Assembly: GCA_963765575.1 (NCBI GenBank)
Contig: CAVXWZ010000011.1
Span: 128,001 to 192,000 of the forward strand
Length of the DNA stretch: 64,000 nucleotides
Reading direction: 5' to 3'
Source of the DNA: an uncultured cyanobacterium
Lineage (GTDB): Bacteria; Cyanobacteriota; Cyanobacteriia; PCC-6307; Cyanobiaceae
Positions 50,518 through 59,985 of this stretch are shown in pieces. Made by a program: the position numbers and the translations under genes. The notes under the pieces were generated by a model. That model did not search any database. It was not told where the DNA came from and saw only the letters and a list, made by a program, of their open reading frames with translations. Numbering within the stretch: position 1 is the stretch's first letter; each line of letters opens with the position of its first letter.

Positions 50518-50559
50518 ACCCTAAAGATCGAGCCCGAGGTCACTTGTAGCAACGCACAC
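50518..50559 (-). promoter_or_regulatory. NtcA-activated promoter upstream of ntcA (autoregulation)
   Basis: Minus strand GTG-TGCGTTGC-TAC (50559-50546), a 22-nt spacer, then TAGGGT (TAN3T); matches the GTA-N8-TAC-N22-TAN3T architecture with one mismatch. Confidence 0.8.
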
Positions 50560-50699
50560 CAATCGTTGCCCCCGGCGGGCGCGGGTGGGCCAGGGCTGGG
50601 GCGCTCCGGCACTGGTACGTCTGTTCTCCACCACCGGTGGTGTGCGGACGTTGTGATCGGCCCCAAAGCCGCTACATTCAGCTCCGTCCTCCCCACGCC

Positions 50700-51353
50700 A
50701 TGACCGCCAGCCTCCCCTCCGGCCGCGGCGCCCTGCCCCCTGCTGCTGCTGGTGCTGGTGCGGGCCATGCCCATGGGGCGAGGCCCGCGGGCGTGGCGGC
50801 TGTGGCTCCGCTGGGCGGCGGCCGCCATCTACGCCCGGCGCCGGCAGCCACGCCTTTGCGGCTGGTGGCCCAGCCCGAGGGGCTGCTGCAGATCCACACC
50901 GCGCCCTACCGCGGCAGTTTTTCGGCGGTGCTCAGCCAGGCCCTGCGCACGGCCGGTCTCGGCAGCCGGGTGCTGGTGTGCCAGTTCCTCAAGGGCGGCG
51001 TCAACCAGGGCGTGGAGGCCGGCCCCAGCCTCTGCGGCCGGCTGCGCTGGCTGCGGCCGGCCGCAGAGGCCTGCCTGTCCGGACCGGCCTGCGACCACGA
51101 GCCGGCGGTGCGCGAGGCGGTGCGCGAGGTGTGGGCGTTCAGCCGCGACCAGTTGCTGGCGGCGGCGGTGGATCTGATGGTGCTCGATGAGCTGGGCCTG
51201 GCGATCGAGCTGGGTTTCCTGGAGGCCGAGGAGGTGCTCACGGTGCTTGAGCAGCGTCCGGCACCGATGGATGTCATCCTCACCGGTCCGCCGATGGCGC
51301 CGGAACTGATGGCCCTGGCCGATCAGGTCACCCAGCTGCGCCGCGGCCTCTGA
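50700..51353 (+). CDS. Cob(I)alamin adenosyltransferase-like protein (CobO/BtuR family) with degenerate P-loop
   Basis: GLLQIHT, ALRTAGLG.RVLVCQFLKGG, DLMVLDEL, DVILTG, ADQVTQLR. Confidence 0.8.
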   Translation: MTASLPSGRGALPPAAAGAGAGHAHGARPAGVAAVAPLGGGRHLRPAPAATPLRLVAQPEGLLQIHTAPYRGSFSAVLSQALRTAGLGSRVLVCQFLKGGVNQGVEAGPSLCGRLRWLRPAAEACLSGPACDHEPAVREAVREVWAFSRDQLLAAAVDLMVLDELGLAIELGFLEAEEVLTVLEQRPAPMDVILTGPPMAPELMALADQVTQLRRGL

Positions 51354-51365
51354 ACGCCACCATCG

Positions 51366-51959
51366 ATGCTCAAGAACGACCGTTGGATCAAGGAGCAGGC
51401 CGCCGAGGGGATGCTGGAGCCGTTTCAGCGCAACCTGGTGCGCCACCTCGACCCCGACAACGCGGCCGAGCCGGTGCTGAGCTTCGGCTGCTCCTCCTAT
51501 GGCTACGACCTGCGCCTCTCCGCCCAGGAATTTCTGATCTTCCGCCACGTGCCGGGCACGGTGATGAACCCCAAGCGGTTCAATCCGGCCAACCTGGAGC
51601 CGGCACCGCTGCATGACGATCCCGATGGCCGTTACTTCATCCTGCCGGCCCATTCCTACGGCCTGGGCGTGGCCCTGGAGAAGCTGCGGGTGCCCGCCAA
51701 CATCACCGTGATCTGTCTCGGCAAGAGCACCTATGCCCGGCTGGGCATCATCGTGAACACCACGCCGGCGGAGGCCAGCTGGGAGGGCCACCTGACGCTG
51801 GAGTTCAGCAATTCCTCCGGCGCCGACTGCCGCATCTATGCCGGCGAGGGGATCTGCCAGCTGCTGTTCTTCGAGGGTGATCCCTGCGACACCACCTACA
51901 AGGACCGGGCCGGGAAATATCAGCACCAGCCGGAACGGGTGACGCTGGCCCGGATCTGA
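51366..51959 (+). CDS. dcd: dCTP deaminase
   Basis: SSYGYDLRL, GKSTYARLG, TPAEASWEGHLTLE, YAGEGICQLLF. Confidence 0.97.
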   Translation: MLKNDRWIKEQAAEGMLEPFQRNLVRHLDPDNAAEPVLSFGCSSYGYDLRLSAQEFLIFRHVPGTVMNPKRFNPANLEPAPLHDDPDGRYFILPAHSYGLGVALEKLRVPANITVICLGKSTYARLGIIVNTTPAEASWEGHLTLEFSNSSGADCRIYAGEGICQLLFFEGDPCDTTYKDRAGKYQHQPERVTLARI

Positions 51960-52121
51960 GACCAGGAGCCTGATGCAGCGAGGTCCTGGGGCGGCGCCAC
52001 CCAAAACAGACGTGTTGCAATGGGACACAGGCGAGGAGTCAGGGAACCACGATCAAGGCAGCTGCCAGCCAGGCCTGAGTGCTAACTTGCCGTCGAATAA
52101 ATTTTGCTTGTCGACGAGCGC

Positions 52122-52827
52122 ATGCATCGATCCACTGTCGTGGCAAGTGCTGCTGCTGGCTTCGCCGCAGCCGGATTGGCCCTGGTGCCGGCCCCGGCGT
52201 TCGCATTGATCACCATCGCTGATAACATCACTGGTACTTCCAGCTTTGGGGGCATTGCCGCTAATAGCCGTGCCCAGCAGTTCAATACGGGGCAACGCAA
52301 GGCTGATCACGAGTATCAATCTCCTTCTCTCAAATACTGGTCCCTCGACCGGATCAATCCAGGTTTTTCTGTTGGAATCGACCCTGGGAACCCCGCCGAC
52401 TGTTGTTACCCCTCCCCTCGCTTCGGCAACGCTCCCTGTCGCGCCTGGTAATGGAATCTTGGTTGGCGGTAATTTGTCAACCCCAGTCGCGGTCGAAAAA
52501 AATACAAACTACTACGTCGGCGCCCTCACCGCCAGCTCTAATGTTCTATGGAACATATCTATTTCGCCTGGCAACCCTGCTGCTGGCCTGCCGATTGCTT
52601 ATCAGCAATGTAGCCCAGTCTGTGGAGATCCTCAATCAACTCCGGCACGTGATCCGCTGTATCTCCAGCTCCAGGTGCAAGGCGTCCCAGCCCCAGCTCC
52701 AATCTTCGGCCCAGTTGTGTTGGCAGCGTTGACGGGCCCCATTCGCAGGCTCAGAAAGCGACTGCATGACCACGAAGCTGAGTTGGCCAGCTTGGTGTGT
52801 GATCGATCCGGCGGCGCGGCGGTCTGA
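52122..52827 (+). pseudogene. Secreted protein with cyanobacterial PEP-CTERM-like sorting tail, split by a 1-nt frameshift at G-run 52289-52292
   Basis: Frame A: signal peptide ending PAPAFA plus ...RAQQFNTG; frame B continues NARLITSINL...VPAPAPIFGPVVLAALTGPIRRLRKR; AT-richer than its flanks. Confidence 0.7.
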
Positions 52828-52886
52828 GCAAGTCCAGGCCCCTGGCTTTCTGCCCAGCTGGGTTCTGCCCGCTGGCCTGCTGACGC

Positions 52887-53627
52887 TCAGGGCGCCAGCC
52901 GCGCCCGGTGCAGCCGGCTCTTCTCATACCAATGGGCAAACTCCGGGCTCCAGCCCTGCAGCTGGGGCCAGAGCAGATCGCAGAGCGCCCGGATCTCCAG
53001 CTGGGCGTCGAGCTTGGCGCGCAGATCGAGGAAGTGCAGCATGGCCCTGAGGCTGAAGCTCACCACGAAGTGCTGGCGGTAATCAAACGGCAGGATGCCG
53101 CGGGCGTGCTCCTCGGCGTAACCGGCATCGAGCAGGTCGCGGTAGCGCTCGGCGGCGCGGCGGCAGATGTCGAGATCGATCCGGCGCTGCTCGCTGGAGT
53201 AGGCATACTTCTTGCCCTGACGGTCGGCATACTCACCAACCGGCCGGAGGTAGAACACCTCCTCCAGATCCAGCTCGCCGTTGCCGGCCCGCCGGATGCG
53301 GTCGCCCGTGTACCGCATCGACTGCACATCGAAACTCACCCCCACGCGATGGGTGCGGGCCTGCTGCATCACCGAGTGCGGGAACCAGCCCACGTTGAGC
53401 ACGATCTGGGCGTGCTCGAGCGGGCCGTAGTGGCCCCGTTCGCCGGCCAGCAGCCGCTTCACGCAGATCTCGCCGCAGCGGCGTTCATCCGGCCAGGCGG
53501 ACGGGTCGCGGGCGACGAAGTCCTCGCTGTAGTCCTGGTGCATGGCCGCCCACACGCACTGCTGCGGGTTGGGCGTGGCGGCGATCCGCTCCACCGTGAA
53601 GCGGGGGTCGATGCTCGGTTCAGCCAT
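52887..53627 (-). CDS. thyX: FAD-dependent thymidylate synthase
   Basis: GHYGPLEH, QQARTHRVGVSFDVQSMRY, EHARGILP, LDLRAKLDAQLEIR. Confidence 0.96.
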   Translation of the reverse strand: MAEPSIDPRFTVERIAATPNPQQCVWAAMHQDYSEDFVARDPSAWPDERRCGEICVKRLLAGERGHYGPLEHAQIVLNVGWFPHSVMQQARTHRVGVSFDVQSMRYTGDRIRRAGNGELDLEEVFYLRPVGEYADRQGKKYAYSSEQRRIDLDICRRAAERYRDLLDAGYAEEHARGILPFDYRQHFVVSFSLRAMLHFLDLRAKLDAQLEIRALCDLLWPQLQGWSPEFAHWYEKSRLHRARLAP

Positions 53628-54186
53628 GGCTGCGTGGGGCGATGGTGGAGGCCGGAGCCGGGCCGTCAGGCCCCCCCTGGGCGCTGTCCAGGCGGCTCAC
53701 GGCGCCCACCCCGGCCAACTGGGGCAGGGGCTGGTTCTGCAGCAGGGCGTTGGCGAGGGCCTGTAGCTCCGCCGCCGAGCGGGCACCGATGGAGTGCCCC
53801 ACGTTGGCTCCGCCGGCATCGAACAGTTCCAGATGGGGGATGCCGTTCACTGCGTAGCGATCCAGCTCCGGCTGCCAGCGGGGGTTGTCGACGTTGAGCA
53901 GCACCACGTCCAGGGCGCCGCGACGCTCCCGTTCGATCGCCTCGATCGCCGGCGCCATGGCGCGGCAGGCCTCGCACCAGTCGGCGTAGAACTCCACCAC
54001 GGTGGGCCGGCCATCGGCCAGCGCGGTGCTGTAGTCGGGGGAGCGCCGGGCCAGGGCCTCCAGGGGGGCCTGGGGCTGCAGCCCTCCCCGCAGCCCCACC
54101 ACCAGCAGGGTCAGCAGGGCGGTGATTGCCAGCAGCGCCAGTTGCTCCCTGCGCTTGGGGCCCGTGGTTGGCTCAGGGGTGTTCAT
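53620..54186 (-). CDS. txlA: Membrane-anchored thioredoxin-like protein (TxlA/HCF164 type)
   Basis: N-terminal TM, EFYADWCEAC, LNVDNPRW, VNGIPH. Confidence 0.8.
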   Translation of the reverse strand: MNTPEPTTGPKRREQLALLAITALLTLLVVGLRGGLQPQAPLEALARRSPDYSTALADGRPTVVEFYADWCEACRAMAPAIEAIERERRGALDVVLLNVDNPRWQPELDRYAVNGIPHLELFDAGGANVGHSIGARSAAELQALANALLQNQPLPQLAGVGAVSRLDSAQGGPDGPAPASTIAPRSHG

Positions 54187-54323
54187 GGCTGGGGCGCGGC
54201 GTGATCCAGGAACGGCATGGCAACGAATCGGCCCGGGCGGGTCCAGGCTGGAAGCACTCTGCCAGGGTCGGCCGGCCACCGAGTGCTGCCCACAGGCCCC
54301 CTGCGCCCTGCCGCCGCAGCGCC

Positions 54324-54737
54324 ATGAAGCGACGTCTCACCCTGCATTTCCCCCGGGAGGTGGTGCACCAGCCGATCACCTACCGCTTGGCGGTGGATTT
54401 CGACATCGCCGCCAAGATCCTGCGCGCCCAGATCGCGCCCAACCAGAGCGGCACCATGGTGGTGGAGCTCTCGGGTGACATCGACGAACTCGAGGCCGCC
54501 TCCTCCTGGCTGGAGAGCCAGGGCCTGAGCCTCAACGGCGCCCCCGGTGAGATCGCCATCGATCGCCAGCGCTGCGTGGACTGCGGCATCTGTTCAAGCG
54601 TCTGCCCCAGCGGCGCCCTGAGCTTCACGGCTCCGGCCTGGCGCCTGCAGTTCGAGGCCTCCCGCTGCCTGGTGTGTGAACAGTGCATCCCCAGCTGCCC
54701 GGTCGAGGCGATCGAGCTGGTGCTTGATCCCTCCTGA
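54324..54737 (+). CDS. NIL-domain 2x[4Fe-4S] ferredoxin
   Basis: NIL-like N-terminus; CVDCGICSSVCP and CLVCEQCIPSCP. Confidence 0.92.
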   Translation: MKRRLTLHFPREVVHQPITYRLAVDFDIAAKILRAQIAPNQSGTMVVELSGDIDELEAASSWLESQGLSLNGAPGEIAIDRQRCVDCGICSSVCPSGALSFTAPAWRLQFEASRCLVCEQCIPSCPVEAIELVLDPS

Positions 54738-54740
54738 GCG

Positions 54741-55223
54741 GTGGCTGTTGTGATCCTGCCGCTGCTGCGTTGGTTGTCGGTGCCGCTGCGGGCACCGCTG
54801 GTGCTGTTGCTGATCGGCGTGGCGGCCTATGTGGGCACGGGCTGGAGGCCGTTGGTGGTGGCCGACGACGGTCTGTTGGCGGCGCTGGGCTTGTTTGGGT
54901 CGCTGGATGCCCTGCATACCCTGCTGGTGGTGGTGGTGTGCAGCATGCCCCTGCGGTTGCTGCGGGCGGTCACCGGGCTGATGGCGGCCAGCCAGGTGAT
55001 GACCCTGGTGCTCACCCTGCTGATCGTCACCCTGGGCGCTCTGTACCTGTTGCGTCTGGAGGTGCTGTCGCGCGTGCTGATCCTGGCTGCGGCGGTGCTG
55101 CTGGCGCGGGTGGATCTGGCCCGCATCCGGGTGGTGCCGTCGCCGCCCAGGCTCGCCCTCGGCCTCAGCGTGCTGGTGATGGTGAGCTGTGCCTGCGGCC
55201 ACTGGCTGGCCAGCCGGGGCTGA
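54741..55223 (+). CDS. Hypothetical membrane protein
   Basis: Several hydrophobic helices; follows the ferredoxin after 3 nt. Confidence 0.65.
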   Translation: MAVVILPLLRWLSVPLRAPLVLLLIGVAAYVGTGWRPLVVADDGLLAALGLFGSLDALHTLLVVVVCSMPLRLLRAVTGLMAASQVMTLVLTLLIVTLGALYLLRLEVLSRVLILAAAVLLARVDLARIRVVPSPPRLALGLSVLVMVSCACGHWLASRG

Positions 55224-55250
55224 GGCGCTGCCGCCCTGGGCCCCGGCGGC

Positions 55251-57272
55251 TCAGCTGGGACCGGCGGCAAGCCCTGGGCACGCGGGCAGCCGGGGGGCCT
55301 GCAGGCTCCAGAGGTTGCCCATCACTTTCTTGACGTAGAGGCGGGTCTCGGGGAAGGGGATCGCCTCCACCCAGAGCTCAGGCTGGCTGGCCAGGCGGGG
55401 GTCGAGCCAGGCGGCCACAGCGTTTGGACCGGCGTTGTAGCTGGCCACCGTCAGCAGCGGATCCCCCTGCCAGCGCCGCAGCAGCTGGCTGAGGTAGCGG
55501 GCGCCCAGGCGGGCATTGAGGGCCGGCTGTTGCAGTTCCGCGTCCGCCAGCGGTCGGCCCATCAGCTCCGCCGCCGTGGCGGGCATCAGCTGCAGCAGCC
55601 CCACCGCCCCCACCGGCGAGCGCACGCTGGGGGAGAAGCGCGACTCCTGCTTGGCCACCGCGGCCAGGAGCGTGGCGGGCACGGCGGCCTCGGCGGCGGC
55701 GGCGTTGAGGTCGTCGCTGAAGGCGGGGCTGTGCAGTTCCCGCTCCAGCACCCGGTTGCGGGGGCAGTCGTCGGCAGGCAGCCGCAGGCTGGCCTGCTCC
55801 AGCCGGCCCAGCCCCAGCCAGTGGTCGCCCACGGCCCGGCGCAGGCGACCCTCGTGGATCTGCAACACCGGATCGGCGGCGTTTCGCTGTTGCTGCCCCA
55901 GCAGCCAGTGTTCCCAGGCCTCGAGCGGCTGGTTCAGGCGCCAGAGGCGTTCCAGGCCGGGCTTGCCGCTGTCCAGCGGATGCCAGCGAGCCGTTTGCAG
56001 CGCCGGCGCCTGCAGGGGATCGAGCACCACATCGCCCTGCCCGAGGCGCACGGCGGCCCGCCAGCCGTAGTAGCCGCCGGGCAGCTGCTCCAGCAGCTCA
56101 GCCCAGATCTCCCGTGCCTGCTGCCGCTGGCCGAGCTGCCAGCGGGCCAGCCCCTGCCAGAAGCGCCGGCGGCCCGCGAGGGCCACCGGCAGACGGCCGT
56201 CCAGGCTGGCCTCGTCGAGCACCAGGGCTGTCTGCCGCCAGTCGCCCTCCAGGGCCGCCCGCCGGGCCTGGTGCCACTGCAATTCCCAGCTGGCCGGATC
56301 GTCGGGCCACTGGCGCAGCACGGCCAGAACCCGCTGCGGATCATTGCTCTCCCGGGCCAGCCGGGCCTGGGCCGGGGCACTGCCGCGCAGGCCCGCCGGC
56401 AGTTGCTGGATCGCCTCCAGGCTGGCGCTGCTGCGCCCCTCGCTGAGCAGCCGCACCGCCTCCAGGGCCTCCTCCCGTTCCGGCGCGCTGCGGGCCAGAG
56501 CCAGCAGCCGCGCCTCCGCCTCCTGCTCCTGTTCCGGGTCGAGCAGCAGGGCGCGGGCCAGGGCCAGATCGGTGGCGGAGCTGGCGGCTCCATCGCCCAG
56601 GCAGCTCTGGGCCGCGGCGGCATCGCCGAGCTGGGCCAGCCCGGCGGCGAGTTGATCGCGCTCGGCGGCGCTCAACGGCGGCTGGCCGGCGGCGCAACGC
56701 TGGCGCAGTTGCGCCGCCGCCCCCGGCCAGCGCACTCCCCAGCGGGCCAGGTGCAGGGCGCCTTCGGGGCCCTGTTCCAGGGCGGCGGCCAGGGCCGCCG
56801 GATGGGCCGGGAAGCGCTCCAGCAGCTGGCGGCGCAGGGCCGGCTGGCGGCGGCCGAGGGTGTAGAGGGCATCGGCGCTGGCGGGATCGGCGGCAAAGCG
56901 CTGCAGCAGCTGCCGCCAGCGCTGGCTGGCCAGCAGGTCATCGCCCAGGCGCTCGGCCACCTGGGCCTCCCGCTTGAGCACCAGGGCGGCCAGGGGATCA
57001 CTGCCCCAGCCCTGAGCCTGCAGCAGGCGCCGCTCGGCCTCGAGGGGGTTGCCGGATCCCTGCGTGCTGCGGCCCGTGCTGCGGCCCGCCAGCAGCAGGG
57101 CCGCTTCGCGGCGGCGCCAGGGATCGGGATCCAGCCGCCAGTGGCGCTCCAGGCTGGCGTTGCTCACATTGGGCGTCAGCGCAGGCCGTTGCGCCAGCAG
57201 CAGCCGACCCCCCAGCAGCAGGGCGGCGCTGCCCAGACAGCTCACGGCCAGAAGCAGGGGAAGGCGCTGCAA
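55251..57272 (-). CDS. Soluble lytic murein transglycosylase (SLT domain with helical repeats)
   Basis: AVAKQESRF, GAVGLLQLMPATA, ASYNAGP, IPFPETRLYVKKV; TTG start followed by a hydrophobic signal segment. Confidence 0.92.
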   Translation of the reverse strand: MQRLPLLLAVSCLGSAALLLGGRLLLAQRPALTPNVSNASLERHWRLDPDPWRRREAALLLAGRSTGRSTQGSGNPLEAERRLLQAQGWGSDPLAALVLKREAQVAERLGDDLLASQRWRQLLQRFAADPASADALYTLGRRQPALRRQLLERFPAHPAALAAALEQGPEGALHLARWGVRWPGAAAQLRQRCAAGQPPLSAAERDQLAAGLAQLGDAAAAQSCLGDGAASSATDLALARALLLDPEQEQEAEARLLALARSAPEREEALEAVRLLSEGRSSASLEAIQQLPAGLRGSAPAQARLARESNDPQRVLAVLRQWPDDPASWELQWHQARRAALEGDWRQTALVLDEASLDGRLPVALAGRRRFWQGLARWQLGQRQQAREIWAELLEQLPGGYYGWRAAVRLGQGDVVLDPLQAPALQTARWHPLDSGKPGLERLWRLNQPLEAWEHWLLGQQQRNAADPVLQIHEGRLRRAVGDHWLGLGRLEQASLRLPADDCPRNRVLERELHSPAFSDDLNAAAAEAAVPATLLAAVAKQESRFSPSVRSPVGAVGLLQLMPATAAELMGRPLADAELQQPALNARLGARYLSQLLRRWQGDPLLTVASYNAGPNAVAAWLDPRLASQPELWVEAIPFPETRLYVKKVMGNLWSLQAPRLPACPGLAAGPS

Positions 57273-57332
57273 GAGCCGGCCGGGTTCAAAGGCGGCATTC
57301 TGGGGGCCCGCCGCCTCCCGTCCCCGCTGCCC

Positions 57333-57548
57333 ATGCGCCGGCCTGCCCTGCCGCCCTACCTCTCCAGCCTGCCGGGCAGCAGCCAGCGGCTGCGGGCCCT
57401 GCGGGCGCTGGCGTTGGCGGCGCTGGTGCTGGTGCTGCGCCCCTGGATGCCGTTCAGCTGGCTGCCCGGCTGGGTGGTGGGCGCCCTGCTGTTGTGGGCC
57501 CTGGTCGAGCTGTGCGGCTGGGTGTGGTGGCCGCGGCGTTGGCGCTGA
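57333..57548 (+). CDS. Small membrane protein
   Basis: MRRPALPPYLSSLPGSSQRLR...WVWWPRRWR; two hydrophobic segments. Confidence 0.6.
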   Translation: MRRPALPPYLSSLPGSSQRLRALRALALAALVLVLRPWMPFSWLPGWVVGALLLWALVELCGWVWWPRRWR

Positions 57549-57617
57549 CCCAGCTGGCACTGTGGGGCTGGTCGTCCCTGCGGCCGGACATACGCTGTCG
57601 CCAGCCCCGGCCCCACC

Positions 57618-59030
57618 ATGTCCCAGCCGAGCGTTGATCCCGTGGGCCAGGTGCTGGGCCATCCGCTGGGCCAGCCCCTGGGCGAGGGGGCCTGCGCCTT
57701 TGGCACCGATGGCATCCGCGGCCCCGTGGGCACCCAGGTGACGCCGGCCTTGGCCCTGCAGGTGGGCTTCTGGTGCGGCCAGGTGCTGCCGGCCGGCGCC
57801 CCGGTGCTGATCGGCCGCGACAGCCGCAGCAGCGGCCCGATGCTGACGGCGGCGCTGACGGCGGGTCTGACGGCGGCGGGACGGGAGGTGTGGCATCTGG
57901 GGATCTGCCCCACGCCGGCGGTGCCCGGGGCCATCCGCCGCTGCGCCGCCGCCGGCGGCCTGATGGTCTCGGCCAGCCACAACCCCCCCGGCGACAACGG
58001 CATCAAGGTGTTCGGCCCCTCGGGCGCGAAGCTCGGCGCCGAGCTGCAGCAGGCGATCGAGGCCGGCCTGGCCGGACACCGCCCGCTGCCGGGCTTCTGT
58101 GGCAGTGGCCACAGCCACGAGCGCAGCGACCTGCTCGACCACTACCGCCAGGCCCTGGTGGCCAGCGCCGAAGGGCGGCGGCTGGAGGGTTGCCGCGTCG
58201 TGCTGGATCTCTGCCACGGTTCGGCCACCGCCTGCGGTGAGGCGGTGTTCCGTGGCCTCGGCGCCGAGGTCACCGTGCTGCACGGTGAGCCCGACGGCAG
58301 CCGCATCAATGTGCGCTGCGGCAGCACCCACCTCGATCCCCTGCGGGCCGCGGTGGTTGAGGCCGGTGCCGAGATCGGCTTTGCCTTCGATGGCGATGCC
58401 GACCGCATGCTCGCCGTCGACAGCCACGGCCGGGTGGTCGATGGCGACCAGATCCTCTACCTGTGGGGTTCGGCGCTGCTGCAGTCCGGCAGCCTGCCCG
58501 ACCGCCGCATCGTCGCCACCGTGATGAGCAACCTGGGTTTCGAGCGGGCCTGGCAGCAGCGCGGCGGGGTGCTGGAGCGCACCCCCGTGGGCGACCAGCA
58601 CGTCCACCGCGCCATGGAGGAGCTGGGGGCGGGCCTGGGGGGTGAGCAGTCGGGCCACATCCTCTCGGCCCGCCATGGCATGAGCGGCGATGGCCTGCTC
58701 ACGGCGCTGCAGGTGGCCACCCTGCTGCACGGCCGGGGCCTGAGCCTGGCCGACTGGCTGGACAGCAGCTTCCGCCCCTATCCCCAGAGCCTGGTGAACG
58801 TGCGGGTGCCCGATCGCGAGCGCCGGCAGGGCTGGCAGCAGTGCGACCCCCTGCGCCGGGAGGTGGAGCGTGCCGAGGCCGAGATGCGGGGTCAGGGCCG
58901 GGTGCTGGTGCGCGCCAGCGGCACCGAGCCGCTGCTGCGGGTGATGGTGGAGGCGGCCGAACCCCAGCTGGTGAGCCACTGGGCCGGCCAGCTTGCCGCC
59001 GCCGCCGAGCTGCACCTCAACGCTGCCTGA
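57618..59030 (+). CDS. glmM: Phosphoglucosamine mutase
   Basis: FGTDGIRG, VSASHNP, AFDGDADR, TVMSNLG, GGEQSGH, RASGTEPLLRVMVE. Confidence 0.95.
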   Translation: MSQPSVDPVGQVLGHPLGQPLGEGACAFGTDGIRGPVGTQVTPALALQVGFWCGQVLPAGAPVLIGRDSRSSGPMLTAALTAGLTAAGREVWHLGICPTPAVPGAIRRCAAAGGLMVSASHNPPGDNGIKVFGPSGAKLGAELQQAIEAGLAGHRPLPGFCGSGHSHERSDLLDHYRQALVASAEGRRLEGCRVVLDLCHGSATACGEAVFRGLGAEVTVLHGEPDGSRINVRCGSTHLDPLRAAVVEAGAEIGFAFDGDADRMLAVDSHGRVVDGDQILYLWGSALLQSGSLPDRRIVATVMSNLGFERAWQQRGGVLERTPVGDQHVHRAMEELGAGLGGEQSGHILSARHGMSGDGLLTALQVATLLHGRGLSLADWLDSSFRPYPQSLVNVRVPDRERRQGWQQCDPLRREVERAEAEMRGQGRVLVRASGTEPLLRVMVEAAEPQLVSHWAGQLAAAAELHLNAA

Positions 59031-59985
59031 GCTGCAGCTGCTCCCGGGCCAGGCTGAGGGCGCCGGCGCAGGCATCGGCGGTGGGTCGCGCCAGTTGGGC
59101 GGCCGGCAGGGCCTGCGCCAGGGCCCGCTCCAGCTCCAGGCGCAGCAGGGCCAGGTGGGTGAGGGCCCCTCCCATGGCCCAGACCGGTGGCTGCTGCAGG
59201 TTCAGCCGCCGGCTGATCGCCGCCGCCATGGCGGCCAGGGCCTCGGCGTTGCGGCGCACGATCGCCAGGGCGGGGCCGTCGCCGGCGGTGGCGGCGGCCA
59301 CCACCACCGGCGCCAGGGCCGCGAAGCCGGCGGCACCGAAGTTGGGCTGCACCACCAGCGCCTTGATCGCCGCCGCCGCCGCCGGGTCGTGGGGGTCGAG
59401 TTCCAGGGCCGCCCACAGTTGCTGGCGCAGGGGGCCGTCGGGGCGGCGACCATCGGCCATTTCCAGGCTGGCGCTGAGGCCGTCGCGGCCGATGTCCAGG
59501 GCCGAGCCGGCGCCATCGAGCAGCCAGCCCCAGCCGGCGCAGCGGTGTTCCTGGCCGTCGGCGTTGCGGCCCACGGCAATGGTGCCGGTGCCGCTGATCA
59601 GCACCAGCCCTGCGGGCGCCGTGCCCATGGCGCCGCGCAGGGCCGTGCGCTCATCACCGGTGACCGCCACACGCTCGGGCGGCAGGGCCAGGGCCGCCGC
59701 CGCCAGCGCGTGGCCCCGTTGCTGCACCGGGCTGCCCACCTCGATGCCGCTGGCACCGACGGCAGCGGCGAGCAGCGCTGCCTGCTGGCCGGCGGCGAGG
59801 CCGGTCAGGGCCGCCGCCAGGCTGGTGCTGAGCGCCTGGCTGAAGGCGGCTTCGCCGCCAGGGCTGGCCAGATGGCGCACGCCGGGGCCCTCGCCTTCGG
59901 CCAGTACCGCCCCGCCGTGGGCGTCGGCCAGGCGGCAGCGGGTGTGGCTCTGGCCGGCGTCAAAGCCGGCGATCAGCTCAGGCAC
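59017..59985 (-). CDS. BadF/BadG/BcrA/BcrD-family ATPase (GlcNAc/MurNAc kinase-like)
   Basis: GFDAGQSHT, LISGTGTI, AGWGWLLDGAGSA. Confidence 0.88.
   Translation of the reverse strand: MPELIAGFDAGQSHTRCRLADAHGGAVLAEGEGPGVRHLASPGGEAAFSQALSTSLAAALTGLAAGQQAALLAAAVGASGIEVGSPVQQRGHALAAAALALPPERVAVTGDERTALRGAMGTAPAGLVLISGTGTIAVGRNADGQEHRCAGWGWLLDGAGSALDIGRDGLSASLEMADGRRPDGPLRQQLWAALELDPHDPAAAAAIKALVVQPNFGAAGFAALAPVVVAAATAGDGPALAIVRRNAEALAAMAAAISRRLNLQQPPVWAMGGALTHLALLRLELERALAQALPAAQLARPTADACAGALSLAREQLQLRQR

Noticed and set aside
7498..59030. Two phosphohexomutase genes in one window (pgm/pmm-like and glmM)
   Set aside because: Distinct, well-known core paralogues, not a recent duplication
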